From Nitrospinales bacterium (GTDB lineage: Bacteria; Nitrospinota; Nitrospinia; Nitrospinales; VA-1): a DNA stretch of 64,000 nucleotides. Location of the stretch: positions 1,280,001-1,344,000 of the forward strand of contig CBDCXL010000002.1 in NCBI GenBank assembly GCA_965223795.1. Reading direction: 5' to 3'. Below, one piece after another: positions 28,612-39,417 of this stretch (position 1 is the stretch's first letter; the number at the start of each line of letters is the position of its first letter). Both the position numbers and the translations under genes were made by a program. The notes under the pieces are model-generated. The model had not been told where the DNA came from, did no database searches, and was given only the letters and a program-made list of their open reading frames with translations.

Positions 28612-29510
28612 GGTGCGGGTTTTCCCTGAGGTGTGTTTCGCAACGCTTCCAGATTTTTGCGCACGGTGGTGAGATCGGGCCGGATCAACAGCGCGCGCTC
28701 GTAGCTCACTTCCGCGGCGGCGCGGTCGCCGAGCTTCTGCTGGCAGACTCCCAGGTTGGCGTGCGCTTCCGCGAAATCGGAGTGGATGGCCAGCGCCCTT
28801 TCAAACGCCGCGGCCGCCTTTTCACAATCGCCCGTCTGGGCGTATGCGGTTCCCAGGTTGTAATGCGCTTCCGGCAGGTGCGGCAGCAGCCGCACCGTTT
28901 CGCTCAAGGGCGCGACCGCCTCGCGGAACCGGTTTAGGGCCAGCAAGACCTCGCCCAGCCGTTTGCGGCTCTCCACGTCGTCGCGGTCCAGCTCCACCGC
29001 GAACTGCAAAACCGGCACCGCCTCCGCAAATTTTCCGATGCGCTGGTACACCGCACCCAGCAGGGCGTGGTGACGGGCCTGGGCAGGTTGTTTGGCGATG
29101 AGCGCCTTGAGCGAGCCGATCATGTCCTCCAGGCGGCCGGTGTTTCTGTAGGCCTGGATGAGGTTTTCATGCGCTTCGAGCCGTTCGGGATCAAGGGCCA
29201 GGGCTTTCTCGGAATGCTCTGCCGCCTTGTCGAACTGCCTGAGACTGGCGTGCACCAGGCCGAGGTAATGGTGCGCCTCGGCGTACGATGGGTTCAGGCG
29301 CACCGCCTCCGCAAGCGGCTTCACCGCCGCTTCGTACTCGCCGGCCCGCGCCAGCGCCACCCCCAGCTTGAAATGCGCCGCGGGATCCTCGGGCCGCTCG
29401 CGGACTTCCTGGCGGGCGGTCTCTTTCGCCGCCGTCAGGGTGTCGTCTGTGGCTGCTTCTCCGGTTCCCAGCACCAGCAGGAGGGGAAGCAAAAGACAAC
29501 CTTTGCGCAT
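28608..29510 (-). CDS. Secreted TPR protein
   Basis: Signal peptide followed by ~34-aa AH.nLG......A...l...P repeats. Confidence 0.85.
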   Translation of the reverse strand: MRKGCLLLPLLLVLGTGEAATDDTLTAAKETARQEVRERPEDPAAHFKLGVALARAGEYEAAVKPLAEAVRLNPSYAEAHHYLGLVHASLRQFDKAAEHSEKALALDPERLEAHENLIQAYRNTGRLEDMIGSLKALIAKQPAQARHHALLGAVYQRIGKFAEAVPVLQFAVELDRDDVESRKRLGEVLLALNRFREAVAPLSETVRLLPHLPEAHYNLGTAYAQTGDCEKAAAAFERALAIHSDFAEAHANLGVCQQKLGDRAAAEVSYERALLIRPDLTTVRKNLEALRNTPQGKPAP

Positions 29511-29648
29511 GTGTCCTCCCTTTGGGTTCGTACGCAGAGTGGGCGGCTCAATAGTAAGATGGAACGGCGGATTTGTAAAGGTGAGCGCCTGTCATCCTTC
29601 GGGCTGACGGCCTTTCGGTTCCGCGGGACGAAGGCAATCCGCGCCGAT

Positions 29649-30596
29649 TCAGGGGGTAAAAAACGCGTCGATGTAACGCATCATCATGGAACCGTCGCGC
29701 ACGTTCGGCGGCGCAACGGCCTCACCGGCGAGATCGTTATACATCATTTGCGGGATCGCGCCGCCCGCCTCGATGGTGTGGACCGTTCCGCTGCCGAACC
29801 TGAGGTTGACATCGGTGAACATAAATTCGCCCGATTGGGCCCGTATCCCCTGGAGGTTGCAGGGGCCCGCAAGCCGGAGCCGTTTTCCAAATACTGTGGT
29901 TGCCTCGATGATCGCGGGGTCGAGACGGATGCGGCTCACCATCACCTCGCCGCCGCGCACGGCCAGCCGTTCGCGGGGAACGACACACAGCGGCTTGCCG
30001 TTGCGATCGGAAAACCAGTCGACGGTGAATTCGCGTCCTTCGACATACTGCTGGATCAGGTGACCGGGGTATTTGCGCGCATAGAAGTCGAGTTCTTCCG
30101 CGTTCTCGATGCGGACGGTGTGTTTCCCGCCTTCGCCGCGGCGCGGTTTGGCGATGAGCGGGAACTGTGGAGGCGGTTTTTCATCCAGCAGCGTGTGCGG
30201 TGCGGCGATGCCCTGCTCCCGCAAAAACTCAGCCAGCTTCAGCTTGTCGTGGCAGGTTGCGATCGTTTCGGGTGTTTGCAAATAGGCCAGGATGGAAGGA
30301 TCGGCGAACGCGTCGCGGTGGCGGTCGAGGAACTCCACCGCCTTGTTGCTCTGCGGCAGGATCGCGGTGACGGCTTCGCGCTGGCAGATTTTTAGCAGCG
30401 CTTCAATGCAGGTGGCATCGGCAAAAGGCGGCAGCCCGTGCACCGCATCGCAGACCTTGAGCGCCGGGGCGTCCGGGTCGCTGTCGGCGCCGACGATGGC
30501 GCCCGCATTGCCCAGCGCATCGCGGGCTTGACTGAAGGCGCGGATCAGGGCGACGCGCCAGTGCGGCGCCAGGAACAGCAGGTTGACGGCGTTCAT
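29649..30596 (-). CDS. ATP-grasp domain protein
   Basis: CHDKL, FPLIAKPRRGEGG, IQQYVEGREFTVD, VPRER, DVNLRFGSG. Confidence 0.85.
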   Translation of the reverse strand: MNAVNLLFLAPHWRVALIRAFSQARDALGNAGAIVGADSDPDAPALKVCDAVHGLPPFADATCIEALLKICQREAVTAILPQSNKAVEFLDRHRDAFADPSILAYLQTPETIATCHDKLKLAEFLREQGIAAPHTLLDEKPPPQFPLIAKPRRGEGGKHTVRIENAEELDFYARKYPGHLIQQYVEGREFTVDWFSDRNGKPLCVVPRERLAVRGGEVMVSRIRLDPAIIEATTVFGKRLRLAGPCNLQGIRAQSGEFMFTDVNLRFGSGTVHTIEAGGAIPQMMYNDLAGEAVAPPNVRDGSMMMRYIDAFFTP

Positions 30597-30672
30597 GTCG
30601 ATGACGGGTCACGCATCGTTGAAGGGGCTCCGGCTCTGCGGTGCGGCCGCCTTGCGCAAACGTAAAGGGGCT

Positions 30673-31224
30673 TCACAGCACGTTGAGGTTTTCGATCTGC
30701 TGCAGGATTTTCGCGGACGCGCCCCAGATGCGGTGGTGCTTGTGCCAGTACACCACCATGCCGTCGCGCTCCTTGAAGCCGATGTCGCGCTGCTGGGTGG
30801 CGAGCAGGGGGGCCAGCGGGATCTCCAGAACCACGTCCACTTCTTCGGGACAGGGCCGGTAGCGCAATGCTTTATCCACCTGGCAGACGAACGGGGTGAC
30901 CTCGAATCCGGTGAGCGTCTGCACATCGGGCAGGCGGCCGATCACCTGCGCCGGGTTCACCTCGACGCCGATCTCCTCCTCGGTTTCCCTGAGCGCGGTG
31001 GCCAGCAGGTCGGGGTCGTCCGGCTCGACGACGCCGCCGGGGAAGGCGATCTCCCCCGCGTGCACCTTGAGGCCCTGGGCCCGCTTGGTCATGACGATGT
31101 GGGCCTGGCCCTTGCTGGCAAACAGGATCACCAGCACCGCCGCCCGCTGCGGGTGCACCTCCACGGTTTCGCGCACCAGGGGATAGCGGGTTTTGAGCTG
31201 GGTTGTGATGGCAAACAGGTTCAT
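30673..31224 (-). CDS. Nudix CoA pyrophosphatase (NudL-like)
   Basis: AAVL, HAGEIAFPGG, TALRETEEEIG Nudix box, IWGASA. Confidence 0.9.
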   Translation of the reverse strand: MNLFAITTQLKTRYPLVRETVEVHPQRAAVLVILFASKGQAHIVMTKRAQGLKVHAGEIAFPGGVVEPDDPDLLATALRETEEEIGVEVNPAQVIGRLPDVQTLTGFEVTPFVCQVDKALRYRPCPEEVDVVLEIPLAPLLATQQRDIGFKERDGMVVYWHKHHRIWGASAKILQQIENLNVL

Positions 31225-31243
31225 GCTCGATGGCGGCGCGGAA

Positions 31244-31588
31244 TCAGCCCCAGACCGCGTCGTATTCCGCCGGGTCGAAGCCGACGGTGATGCGGTCCTT
31301 GTCCACGGCGATGGGGCGCTTGATGAGGCGGCCGTTGCCGGCCAGCAGGTCGAGCGCCTGCGCCTCCGTCATGGAGGGCAGCTTGTCTTTGATATTCAAT
31401 TCTTTATATTGCTGGCCGCTGGTGTTGAACAGCTTTTTCAGGGCGCGGGACTTGAGCGCGGCCTTGAGCACGGTTTTGGGCGGCGGCGTTTCGGTGATGT
31501 CGATGTCCTGAAACTCAAGGCCCTTGTCATTCAAATACTTCTTTGCCTTACGGCAGGTGCCGCATTTGTTGTAGCCGTAAAATTTCAT
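31244..31588 (-). CDS. ArsC/Spx-family (YffB-like) protein
   Basis: CGTCRKAKKYL, LFNTSGQ.YKEL, LIKRP, VGF. Confidence 0.9.
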   Translation of the reverse strand: MKFYGYNKCGTCRKAKKYLNDKGLEFQDIDITETPPPKTVLKAALKSRALKKLFNTSGQQYKELNIKDKLPSMTEAQALDLLAGNGRLIKRPIAVDKDRITVGFDPAEYDAVWG

Positions 31589-31850
31589 GGTGGTCCGTCT
31601 CCTGTTCGTCCCTGGGTTCGCGGTGGCCGTCATTTTAGCAGGCGCGTCCGGCCGAAAAAACCCGCAAGCGCTGCCGTGGCGCATATCCGCTCCCGGAGCG
31701 GATTTCCGCCCACCACTATATGTTGTACCCCCGCCAACCCTCTACACCAGAGATAGTATAATTTCGCTTTACTTTACCCAATTATTGGGATATCTTCGAG
31801 CATAAAATGGAGGGTTATTTGGTTCAATTATCAGGGGTAACGACCGACAC

Positions 31851-34800
31851 ATGCTACTAAAAAGTCTGGAGCTGGAAGGATTCAAATCGTTCGTCGACAG
31901 CACGGCGCTGAACTTCAACAACGGGTTCACTGCCATCGTGGGCCCCAATGGCTGCGGCAAGAGCAACGTCTCCGACGCCATCCGCTGGGTCATCGGCGAA
32001 CAGAGTTCCAAATCCCTGCGCGGAACCCGGATCACGGATCTGATCTTCAACGGCAGCGGCTCCCGCAAACCGGTCAACCGGGCTGAAATTTCACTGACTC
32101 TGACGAAAGTCCCGGCCGGAATCCGCATCGCCAACGTGCCCAATATTTCGGAAGAGGTGAAGATCACCCGCTGCTACCATCGCTCCGGCGAAAGCGAGTT
32201 CTACATCAACCAGGTGCCCTGCCGCCTGAAGGACATCACCGACTTTCTGCTCGACATCGGCATCAGCCCCAAGGTGCTCACGGTCATCGAGCAGGGCCAC
32301 ATCCAGGACATCATCACCTCCAAGCCCGAAGAACGCCGCATTCTGATCGAAGAGGCGGCGGGCATCCTCAAATTCAAGCACCGGAGAAACGAGGCCATCC
32401 GCAAGCTGGAATCCTCCGGCCAGAACCTGGAACGCATCACCGACATCGTGCAGGAGCTGGGACGGCGGGTGGAGTCGCTCAAGCGCCAGGCCGCCAAGGC
32501 GGAGCGTTATAAAAAATACCAGGCGGAGATCAAGGAGCTGTCGCTCAAGCTGTTTTCCAGAAAACACCGGCACTACCAGAGCGAGCTGAAAGACATCGAG
32601 GCGCGGTTCACCGAGGAAAACGAGCGCAAAACCCAGAAAGCCGCGCGCGCTTCGACGCTGGAAAACGGCGTCACCGAACTCAATATCGAGATCGACGAAC
32701 TCTCCACGGCGCTCAGCGAGAAAAAAGAACGTTCGCACGAGCTGGCCGGGCAGATCAGCAAGCTGGAGCACACGATCGAGCTCAAGCAGTCGCAGATCGC
32801 GCAGGCCGAGACGGACATCGAAGCCGCAAGCGAGGAAGTGCGGCGCATGAACGAAGAGACCGCTGGATTTGCCGCAGAGGTGGAGCGGCAGCGGACGGAA
32901 CTCACGCAGGTGTCGGGAGAGATCAACGAACAGGAAGACATCCTGAAAGCGCGGTCCGCGGACCTGGAACAGAAAAAAACCGAACTGACGGAAAAGGAGC
33001 AGCGCGTGCGCACGGAAGAAGAACGCATGCGCGCCCTGTACCAGACGATCGCCGCGAAGAACAACGAACTGACGGCACTGGAAACGCGGCGCCAGCACCT
33101 GCAGTCGCTGGAGGAAAAACTGCTCAAGGAACTCACCGAGACCGGAAGCCTGGCGGAGGCCAGCCGGGTTTCCTACACGCAGGCGGAGGAGGAGCAGAAC
33201 GAACGGCAGCGGGAGCTTGCGCAGCTCAAGGAAAAAAAGGAGGTCTGCCAGCAGGAAACCCGGCAGTTCGGCGATAAGCTCAAGAACAAGTCGGACGCGC
33301 TGTCGGCGCTCAAGGAGGACTACCTGACCCAGGCTTCGCTGCTCGCCTCGCTCAAGGAGCTGCGGGAAAAATTCGCCGGTTTCGACGAGGGCATTCAATC
33401 CCTGATGACGGAAAACGGCACGCGACCGTCCGGCATCCGCGAGGTGCTGGTGGACGTGCTCAAGGCTCCCAAGGAGCTGGAACCGGCGCTGGAAGCGGTG
33501 CTCGGCGAGCAGCTGCAGAGCATCATCGTCGATTCCTATTCGGACACCATCGCCGCCATCGACTATCTGAAAAACCGGCAGTCCGGGCGCGGCTCGTTCA
33601 TCCCGCTGCAATCGAAAAGCACCACCGCAGAACCGGTGCACCTCAACGGCAACCCGTCTGTACGCGGGCGCATCCTCGACTTCATCGAGTGCCGCGAGGA
33701 ATACCGGCCGGTGCTCGAACTGCTGCTGGGCAACGTGGTGCTGGTGCGGGATTTCGACACGGCGCTCGCCATGCACCAGAGTCCGGATTTTCACGCTACC
33801 TGCGTGACGGAAAACGGCGAGACGATCGACCCCAGGGGGCTGGTCTCGGGCGGCGCGGTGAACGCCAGCTCCGCCGGGCTTTTGTCGCGCAACCGGGAGA
33901 TCGAAACGCGCTCGCAATCGGTGGAGGATCTCAAGGCGCGGCTGGACGAAGAACAGCGCGAACTGGAAGACATGCAGGCCTCGCTGGGCGGGCTCAAGGA
34001 GCGGCTGCAGCACATCGAATCCTCGGTGCACGAGAGCGAGATCAGCCAGACGCAGTCGCAGAAGGACATCGAGCAGCTGATCAAGGAAATCGAACGGCTG
34101 GAGGCTAGGCTGTACCAGCTGCAGACGGAAAAATCCACCGGCTCGGAAGAGATGCAGGCGCTGACCCGGCAGAACGAAACGCTGAGGCAGGAACTGGAGG
34201 CGGCGGAGACGGAAAAAAATCAGTGCGAGGCGCAGGCCACGGCGCTCAAGGAAGAACTGGAAACGCAAAGACGGGATCTGGAAGAGCAGTCCGGCGCGAT
34301 CAGCGGCATCCAGGTGCGCATTGCGTCTCTGATCGGCAAACGCGAGAACACGCTCACGGAAATCAAGCGGCTCGACCTGCAGCAGGAGAACCTGCGCCAC
34401 CGCATTCAAAAGCGCGAGCAGGACCAGGCGCAGAACAAGCAGAAGATCGAGGAAACCCGCGTCGCGATCGAGGCGCTGGAAAAGGAAATCCTCACCACGG
34501 TGCGCGATAAGGACGCGCTGCAGGAAACCGTGGTGCGGGAAGAGGAAGCGCTGACAGAGAAAGAGGAACAGCTGAGCGGCATGGAGCAGGAAGCGAAACA
34601 GCTGGCGCGCGAGCTGCAGGAGCTGACGGAAAGCCTGTCGAAGATCGAACTGAAACGCTCGGAGACGCGCATCCAGATGGCGCACCTGGAAGAGAAGGCC
34701 TACGACGATTTCAACGCCACGCTCGATGAAATGCAGGCGGCCTTCGACGACACGGTGGACGAGGCCGCCTCCGACGAGCGCGTGCGCGAGCTGAAAGGCA

Positions 34801-35405
34801 AGGTCGCCAAGATCGGCGAGGTCAATCTGGCGGCGCTTTCGGATTTCGAAGAGACCAACGAACGCTACCTGTTTCTCAGCAAACAGCAGGAAGACCTTTC
34901 CGAATCCATCGTCACGCTGCACGCCACCATCGAAAAGATCAACCGCACCACGCGCGAACGGTTCATCGAAACGTTCGCAAAGGTGAACGAAAACTTCAAG
35001 GCCATCTTCGCGCGCCTGTTCCAGGGCGGCAAGGCGGAGCTTTCGCTTTCGGAACCGGACAACCCGCTGGAATCGGGCATCGAGATCACCGCCAACCCGG
35101 TGGGCAAAACCATGCAGAACCTGACGCTGCTTTCCGGCGGCGAAAAATCGATGACCGCCATCGCCCTGATGTTCGCGGTGTTCAAAGTCCGCCCCAGCCC
35201 GTTCTGCCTTCTCGACGAGGTGGACGCGCCGCTGGACGACGCCAACGTGATCCGCTTCCAGGAGATGCTCAAGGAGATGGCGGTGAACACGCAGTTCATC
35301 CTCATCACCCACAACCAGCAGACCATGTCCTTCGCCGATGTCCTGTACGGCATCACGATGGAGGAACAGGGTGTCTCCAAGGCGGTCTCGGTGCGCATCA
35401 ACTGA
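31851..35405 (+). CDS. smc: Chromosome segregation protein SMC
   Basis: GFKSF, GPNGCGKSN, coiled coils flanking a hinge, LSGGEK, LLDEVDAPLD. Confidence 0.97.
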   Translation: MLLKSLELEGFKSFVDSTALNFNNGFTAIVGPNGCGKSNVSDAIRWVIGEQSSKSLRGTRITDLIFNGSGSRKPVNRAEISLTLTKVPAGIRIANVPNISEEVKITRCYHRSGESEFYINQVPCRLKDITDFLLDIGISPKVLTVIEQGHIQDIITSKPEERRILIEEAAGILKFKHRRNEAIRKLESSGQNLERITDIVQELGRRVESLKRQAAKAERYKKYQAEIKELSLKLFSRKHRHYQSELKDIEARFTEENERKTQKAARASTLENGVTELNIEIDELSTALSEKKERSHELAGQISKLEHTIELKQSQIAQAETDIEAASEEVRRMNEETAGFAAEVERQRTELTQVSGEINEQEDILKARSADLEQKKTELTEKEQRVRTEEERMRALYQTIAAKNNELTALETRRQHLQSLEEKLLKELTETGSLAEASRVSYTQAEEEQNERQRELAQLKEKKEVCQQETRQFGDKLKNKSDALSALKEDYLTQASLLASLKELREKFAGFDEGIQSLMTENGTRPSGIREVLVDVLKAPKELEPALEAVLGEQLQSIIVDSYSDTIAAIDYLKNRQSGRGSFIPLQSKSTTAEPVHLNGNPSVRGRILDFIECREEYRPVLELLLGNVVLVRDFDTALAMHQSPDFHATCVTENGETIDPRGLVSGGAVNASSAGLLSRNREIETRSQSVEDLKARLDEEQRELEDMQASLGGLKERLQHIESSVHESEISQTQSQKDIEQLIKEIERLEARLYQLQTEKSTGSEEMQALTRQNETLRQELEAAETEKNQCEAQATALKEELETQRRDLEEQSGAISGIQVRIASLIGKRENTLTEIKRLDLQQENLRHRIQKREQDQAQNKQKIEETRVAIEALEKEILTTVRDKDALQETVVREEEALTEKEEQLSGMEQEAKQLARELQELTESLSKIELKRSETRIQMAHLEEKAYDDFNATLDEMQAAFDDTVDEAASDERVRELKGKVAKIGEVNLAALSDFEETNERYLFLSKQQEDLSESIVTLHATIEKINRTTRERFIETFAKVNENFKAIFARLFQGGKAELSLSEPDNPLESGIEITANPVGKTMQNLTLLSGGEKSMTAIALMFAVFKVRPSPFCLLDEVDAPLDDANVIRFQEMLKEMAVNTQFILITHNQQTMSFADVLYGITMEEQGVSKAVSVRIN

Positions 35406-35605
35406 CACCGCCCCTTTCGTAAAGCTCGACCCTTCCTGTTCGTTTCCCGGAAATCCCAAAATAATTAAATTTGTTTATATGCCTTTCTAACAACTTTAAA
35501 GAAATAAACTATGTCTTGGAAAGACCCCGCTCGAACCGGCCCGCCGTTTCTGGCTCCCCGATTTCAGAAATGCTATACTGGGCGCTCCCTCAAACAGAGT
35601 GCCCG

Positions 35606-36958
35606 ATGACGGAAGCCAAGGACATCGACGACAGCCTGGAGTTTCTCCGCTATTTTGAACGCTACACGCAAAACCCCGACCTGGCGGAGCTGGTGCAGCA
35701 GAAATCCAGCATGGATAAAAAATCGCTCGACCTGACCAGCTGCCAGCTCAAGGAAGACGATTTTGAAGCCCTTTCGGGCATGGAGCCGCTGGCGCGGCTG
35801 ACGCGGCTCAGCCTCGATCAGACCGGACTGAATGCGGCCGGGCTCAAGCACCTGGTCGCTTCGCAGCTGTTTTCCAGCCTCACGGCGCTCTCTTTGTTCA
35901 ACAACAACCTGGACGATGAGGGCCTGTTCTACCTCTCCAAATGCGCTCATCTTGCGCGGCTGGAATCGCTCAATCTTTCCGGCAACGAGATCGGCATGCT
36001 GGGCGCCAAGGTGCTGTTCCTGTCGGAGGGGCTTCCGCGCCTGACGGAACTCGATCTTTCCTACAACCGCATCGAGCCTCTGGGCATCAAGGCGCTGGGC
36101 GAATCCGCTCTGGCGGGTCAGCTGACGCATTTGAACCTGCGCGACACCTGCCTGGAAGATGAGGGCCTGCGCCTGATCGCCAAACACGTTGCGCTTCCCA
36201 ATCTCAAAACGCTGGATCTTTCGGACAACGGCATCACCGCCGCGGGCATGGAAGCGCTGAGCCGCGCGCAACCGTTTCCCAACCTGAAACGCGTGACGTT
36301 GAACAACAACCACATCGGCGACGACGGGTTTTACGCGATGGCGGAATCGGAGTTGTTTCAAAGCGTCGAGGAGCTGAGGATCATCAACAATACCCTGACG
36401 ACGGACAGCGCCATCTTGCTGGCGGAATCGAAGACGCTTTCGGGACTCAGGCTGCTGGACATGAACAACAACGACATCCGCGCGGAGGGCGTGCAGGCGC
36501 TTGCGAAGTCGAAGAACATGGAAGGAGTGGCAACGCTGGATCTGGGGGAAAACCGGCTGGATGCGGAGGGCGCCGAAGCGCTGGCGAAAAGCCCTCACTT
36601 CACCGGGCTCAAATCGCTGAGGCTCAACAACAACAATATTTCAGACCGCGGCGCGGCGGCGATCGCGCGCTCGAAAACGCTGGCGGGGCTGGTTTCCTTG
36701 TATCTGGAAAACGAGAACTGGATCCACGCCCAGGGAACCAAGGCGCTGGCGGAATCGAAAACGCTCGCGAACCTGAAGCGGCTGGTGCTGAGCCTCAACA
36801 TGATCGGCGACGAGGGCGCCCGCTACCTCGCCGAATCGAGAGCGCTGTCCGGCCTCACCCATCTCAACGTGGCGGGCAACCGGCTGACGTCCGCAGGCGA
36901 GGACGCGCTGGTCAAATCGACCGTGCTCACCAATATGCAACAGCTGGAAATCGTCTGA
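35606..36958 (+). CDS. Leucine-rich repeat protein (RNI/GALA-like, ~28-aa repeats)
   Basis: Repeated L..LdL..N.I...Ga.aLA.S..L units. Confidence 0.88.
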   Translation: MTEAKDIDDSLEFLRYFERYTQNPDLAELVQQKSSMDKKSLDLTSCQLKEDDFEALSGMEPLARLTRLSLDQTGLNAAGLKHLVASQLFSSLTALSLFNNNLDDEGLFYLSKCAHLARLESLNLSGNEIGMLGAKVLFLSEGLPRLTELDLSYNRIEPLGIKALGESALAGQLTHLNLRDTCLEDEGLRLIAKHVALPNLKTLDLSDNGITAAGMEALSRAQPFPNLKRVTLNNNHIGDDGFYAMAESELFQSVEELRIINNTLTTDSAILLAESKTLSGLRLLDMNNNDIRAEGVQALAKSKNMEGVATLDLGENRLDAEGAEALAKSPHFTGLKSLRLNNNNISDRGAAAIARSKTLAGLVSLYLENENWIHAQGTKALAESKTLANLKRLVLSLNMIGDEGARYLAESRALSGLTHLNVAGNRLTSAGEDALVKSTVLTNMQQLEIV

Positions 36959-36996
36959 TCCCGCCGGATCCACCCGGCTGCCGCCCGATCGCCCGT

Positions 36997-39195
36997 TCAG
37001 GGCCGGGCCATGCCCTTTTTCTTTTGCGTCCGCTCGATGTTGGTTTCCACCACCGCGACCTTGTGGGGCAGCTTCGCCTTTTCAAAGATCCTGAGGGCGT
37101 TCCGGTAGTACTCCATGGCCTTGTCGAAATCGCCCCGGTCGTGCCACAAGGAAGCGAGATTGTTCCAGTCGTGCGCCACCACGGGATGATCGGGCCCGAG
37201 CGATTTGAGATTGCTCGCCAGCGCCTTTTCGTAATAGTCCAGGGCGCGCTCTTCCTCGCCCTGCGCCCTCCAGGCGGAACCCAGGTTGTTCCACAGGATG
37301 GCCACGTTGGGGTGGCCCTGGCCGTAGATATTGTTGAAGCTGTCGAGGGCCTTGTCGTAGTAGGCGATGGCTTTTTCCTGATCGCCCTTGCGCCGCCAGG
37401 CGGTCCCCAGGTTGGTCCAGTCGTGGGCGACGTTTTCGTGATTCGGACCGAGCGCCTTCATGTCGGTGAGCAGCGCCTTCTCGTGGTACTGGATGGCCTG
37501 CTCGTAGTCGCCTTTTTTGCGCAGCGCTTCTCCCAGGTGGTTCCAGTCCCGCGCCACCACGGGGTGGTCCTCGCCATAGGTCCTGATGTCGCTCTCCAGC
37601 GCTTTCCGGTGCAGGCGGATGGCCTTGTCATACTCGCCCTTTTTGCGCCACGCTTCGCCGAGGTCGTTCCACCGCTTGGCGATGGCGGGGTGGTTGCCGT
37701 CGAAGATTTTCATCTCGCTGTTTAAGGATTTCTCCCAGTTGGCGACGGCCAGGTCGTATTCACCGTTGTTGTAGTGCGCGGTGCCGAGGTTGTTCCAGAT
37801 GCGCGCGACGAACGGATGCTCGGGACCGATGGTCTTTAAAAAACTGTTCAGGGATTTTTCGTAGTAGGCGATGGCTTTCGGGTTGTTGCCCTGTTTGCGC
37901 CACAGATCGCCGAGGTTGTTCCAGTGCACGGCGACGTTGGGGTGGTCGGAGCCGACGAGCTTGAGATCGCTTTCCAGCGCCCGCTCGAAATAATCCCGGG
38001 CGGTGTCGTAATTGCCCCGGATCAGATGCACGACGCCGGTGTCGTTGAGATACGCGGAGTTGTCCGGATCGAGCTGCACGGCTTTTTCATAAAACAACAG
38101 CGCGTTGCGCTGGTCGAGCGCCAGTTCGTAAATGCGGGCGCGGGTGAACTGGATCAGGGCGGGATCGACCCCATCGGGCTTGCGCTCCTCGGCGGACAGG
38201 GCGGCGTGCGCCTGGTCCAGTGCTCCGCGGTCCACCATGGACAGGACCGGTTCCAGCTGGCTGCCTTTCAGTTCATCGCGCATTCTCAAGATCACTTCCT
38301 CGGTGCGGATGACCTCGGGATCGGCGAAGCGCTCCACTCGCGGATCGCGCGGTTTTTTCAACAACAGATTCTTGACCCAGAGGTAGACGGGATCGGCGGA
38401 CCCGTGCGGCTGCGACAGGTGTGCGTGATTCTTGATGAACGGCTGCGATTCGCGGGCGAACAGCCGCGCGGATTCCTTGCCGACGACGGTGCCCGACGGC
38501 CCGGAGGGGACCAGTTCGTAGCCTGCGTACAGATCGGCGCTGCGTTTGCTCTTGATCGCGAGAAACTGCTCGCGCCATCTCTGATTCAACGGATCGAGGC
38601 GCTCGCGGCTCGCTTCGATGAGTCCGCCGGACGCATTGCGCGGGCAGTGATGCGCCGCCACGTTCTTGTGGCCGCTGCCGAGATTGGGTGTGCCCAAAAG
38701 GACCACTTTATCGAGATACACCCGGCGGTCGAGGTTTTCCGGATGCTGGAGAGTGAATTCGCGGGCGATCAATCCCCCCACGCCCATCGCCACGATCGAC
38801 AGGGACTGGTATTCCTGTTTCGGCAGCAGGTCGTTGATCTCCTGTGCCAGTTTGGCGGCGGTCTGTTCGACGCTGAACCCCGGTCCGCAATCCCCCCGGT
38901 AGGCGAAAGACAGCACGTCGGCGTTGTGGAATTCTTTTTCCTGGGCGAACCGTTCCGGCCAATAGAAAGCCGGCTGGTTTTCCGGGTCGGACCAGGTGTC
39001 GATCGGCCCCCCGTTGAGATCGTGGATGAACACGATCAGCTTGAGCGGGTGCATGTTCTCAAACAGGATGGAATCTTCCGGCAGAACTTGTTTTGCGGGA
39101 AAACTGGTGCAGCTGGCGATGAACATCAGGACGGCGGCTGCCATCAATCGCTGCCGCCACGGCCTTCCGGCCCGGGGTAAGATCGGTTTCCGCAT
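36997..39195 (-). CDS. Lipoprotein with alpha/beta-hydrolase-like domain and 42-aa TPR repeats
   Basis: Lipobox FIASC; IVFIHDLNG..TW, LGTPNLGS, NH..L; HP.VA..WNNLG repeats. Confidence 0.8.
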   Translation of the reverse strand: MRKPILPRAGRPWRQRLMAAAVLMFIASCTSFPAKQVLPEDSILFENMHPLKLIVFIHDLNGGPIDTWSDPENQPAFYWPERFAQEKEFHNADVLSFAYRGDCGPGFSVEQTAAKLAQEINDLLPKQEYQSLSIVAMGVGGLIAREFTLQHPENLDRRVYLDKVVLLGTPNLGSGHKNVAAHHCPRNASGGLIEASRERLDPLNQRWREQFLAIKSKRSADLYAGYELVPSGPSGTVVGKESARLFARESQPFIKNHAHLSQPHGSADPVYLWVKNLLLKKPRDPRVERFADPEVIRTEEVILRMRDELKGSQLEPVLSMVDRGALDQAHAALSAEERKPDGVDPALIQFTRARIYELALDQRNALLFYEKAVQLDPDNSAYLNDTGVVHLIRGNYDTARDYFERALESDLKLVGSDHPNVAVHWNNLGDLWRKQGNNPKAIAYYEKSLNSFLKTIGPEHPFVARIWNNLGTAHYNNGEYDLAVANWEKSLNSEMKIFDGNHPAIAKRWNDLGEAWRKKGEYDKAIRLHRKALESDIRTYGEDHPVVARDWNHLGEALRKKGDYEQAIQYHEKALLTDMKALGPNHENVAHDWTNLGTAWRRKGDQEKAIAYYDKALDSFNNIYGQGHPNVAILWNNLGSAWRAQGEEERALDYYEKALASNLKSLGPDHPVVAHDWNNLASLWHDRGDFDKAMEYYRNALRIFEKAKLPHKVAVVETNIERTQKKKGMARP

Positions 39196-39417
39196 GAATT
39201 ACTCCTTAAAATTCAGTTGGAAAGATTTTTTTAGCGATCATATCACAGATCGAAAATTTTTTTAATAAATTGCAGCGCGAAATTTTCACGGCCTGTGTCC
39301 AGGCGGCGCTTTAAAGCCCCTCGTTTCGGCTTGATGATTGAAAAGAAATGCCATTTACAGGCGGGCGCGGAATAAAAATTTTTTCTTCCCTTTGCGGAAC
39401 GCGATCGGAAACAAATT

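Noticed and set aside
32091..35459. 1122-aa antisense ORF (likewise 20131-22764, 23231-25255, 45948-47819 and similar)
   Set aside because: These are shadow ORFs opposite well-supported genes, as expected from high-GC codon bias.
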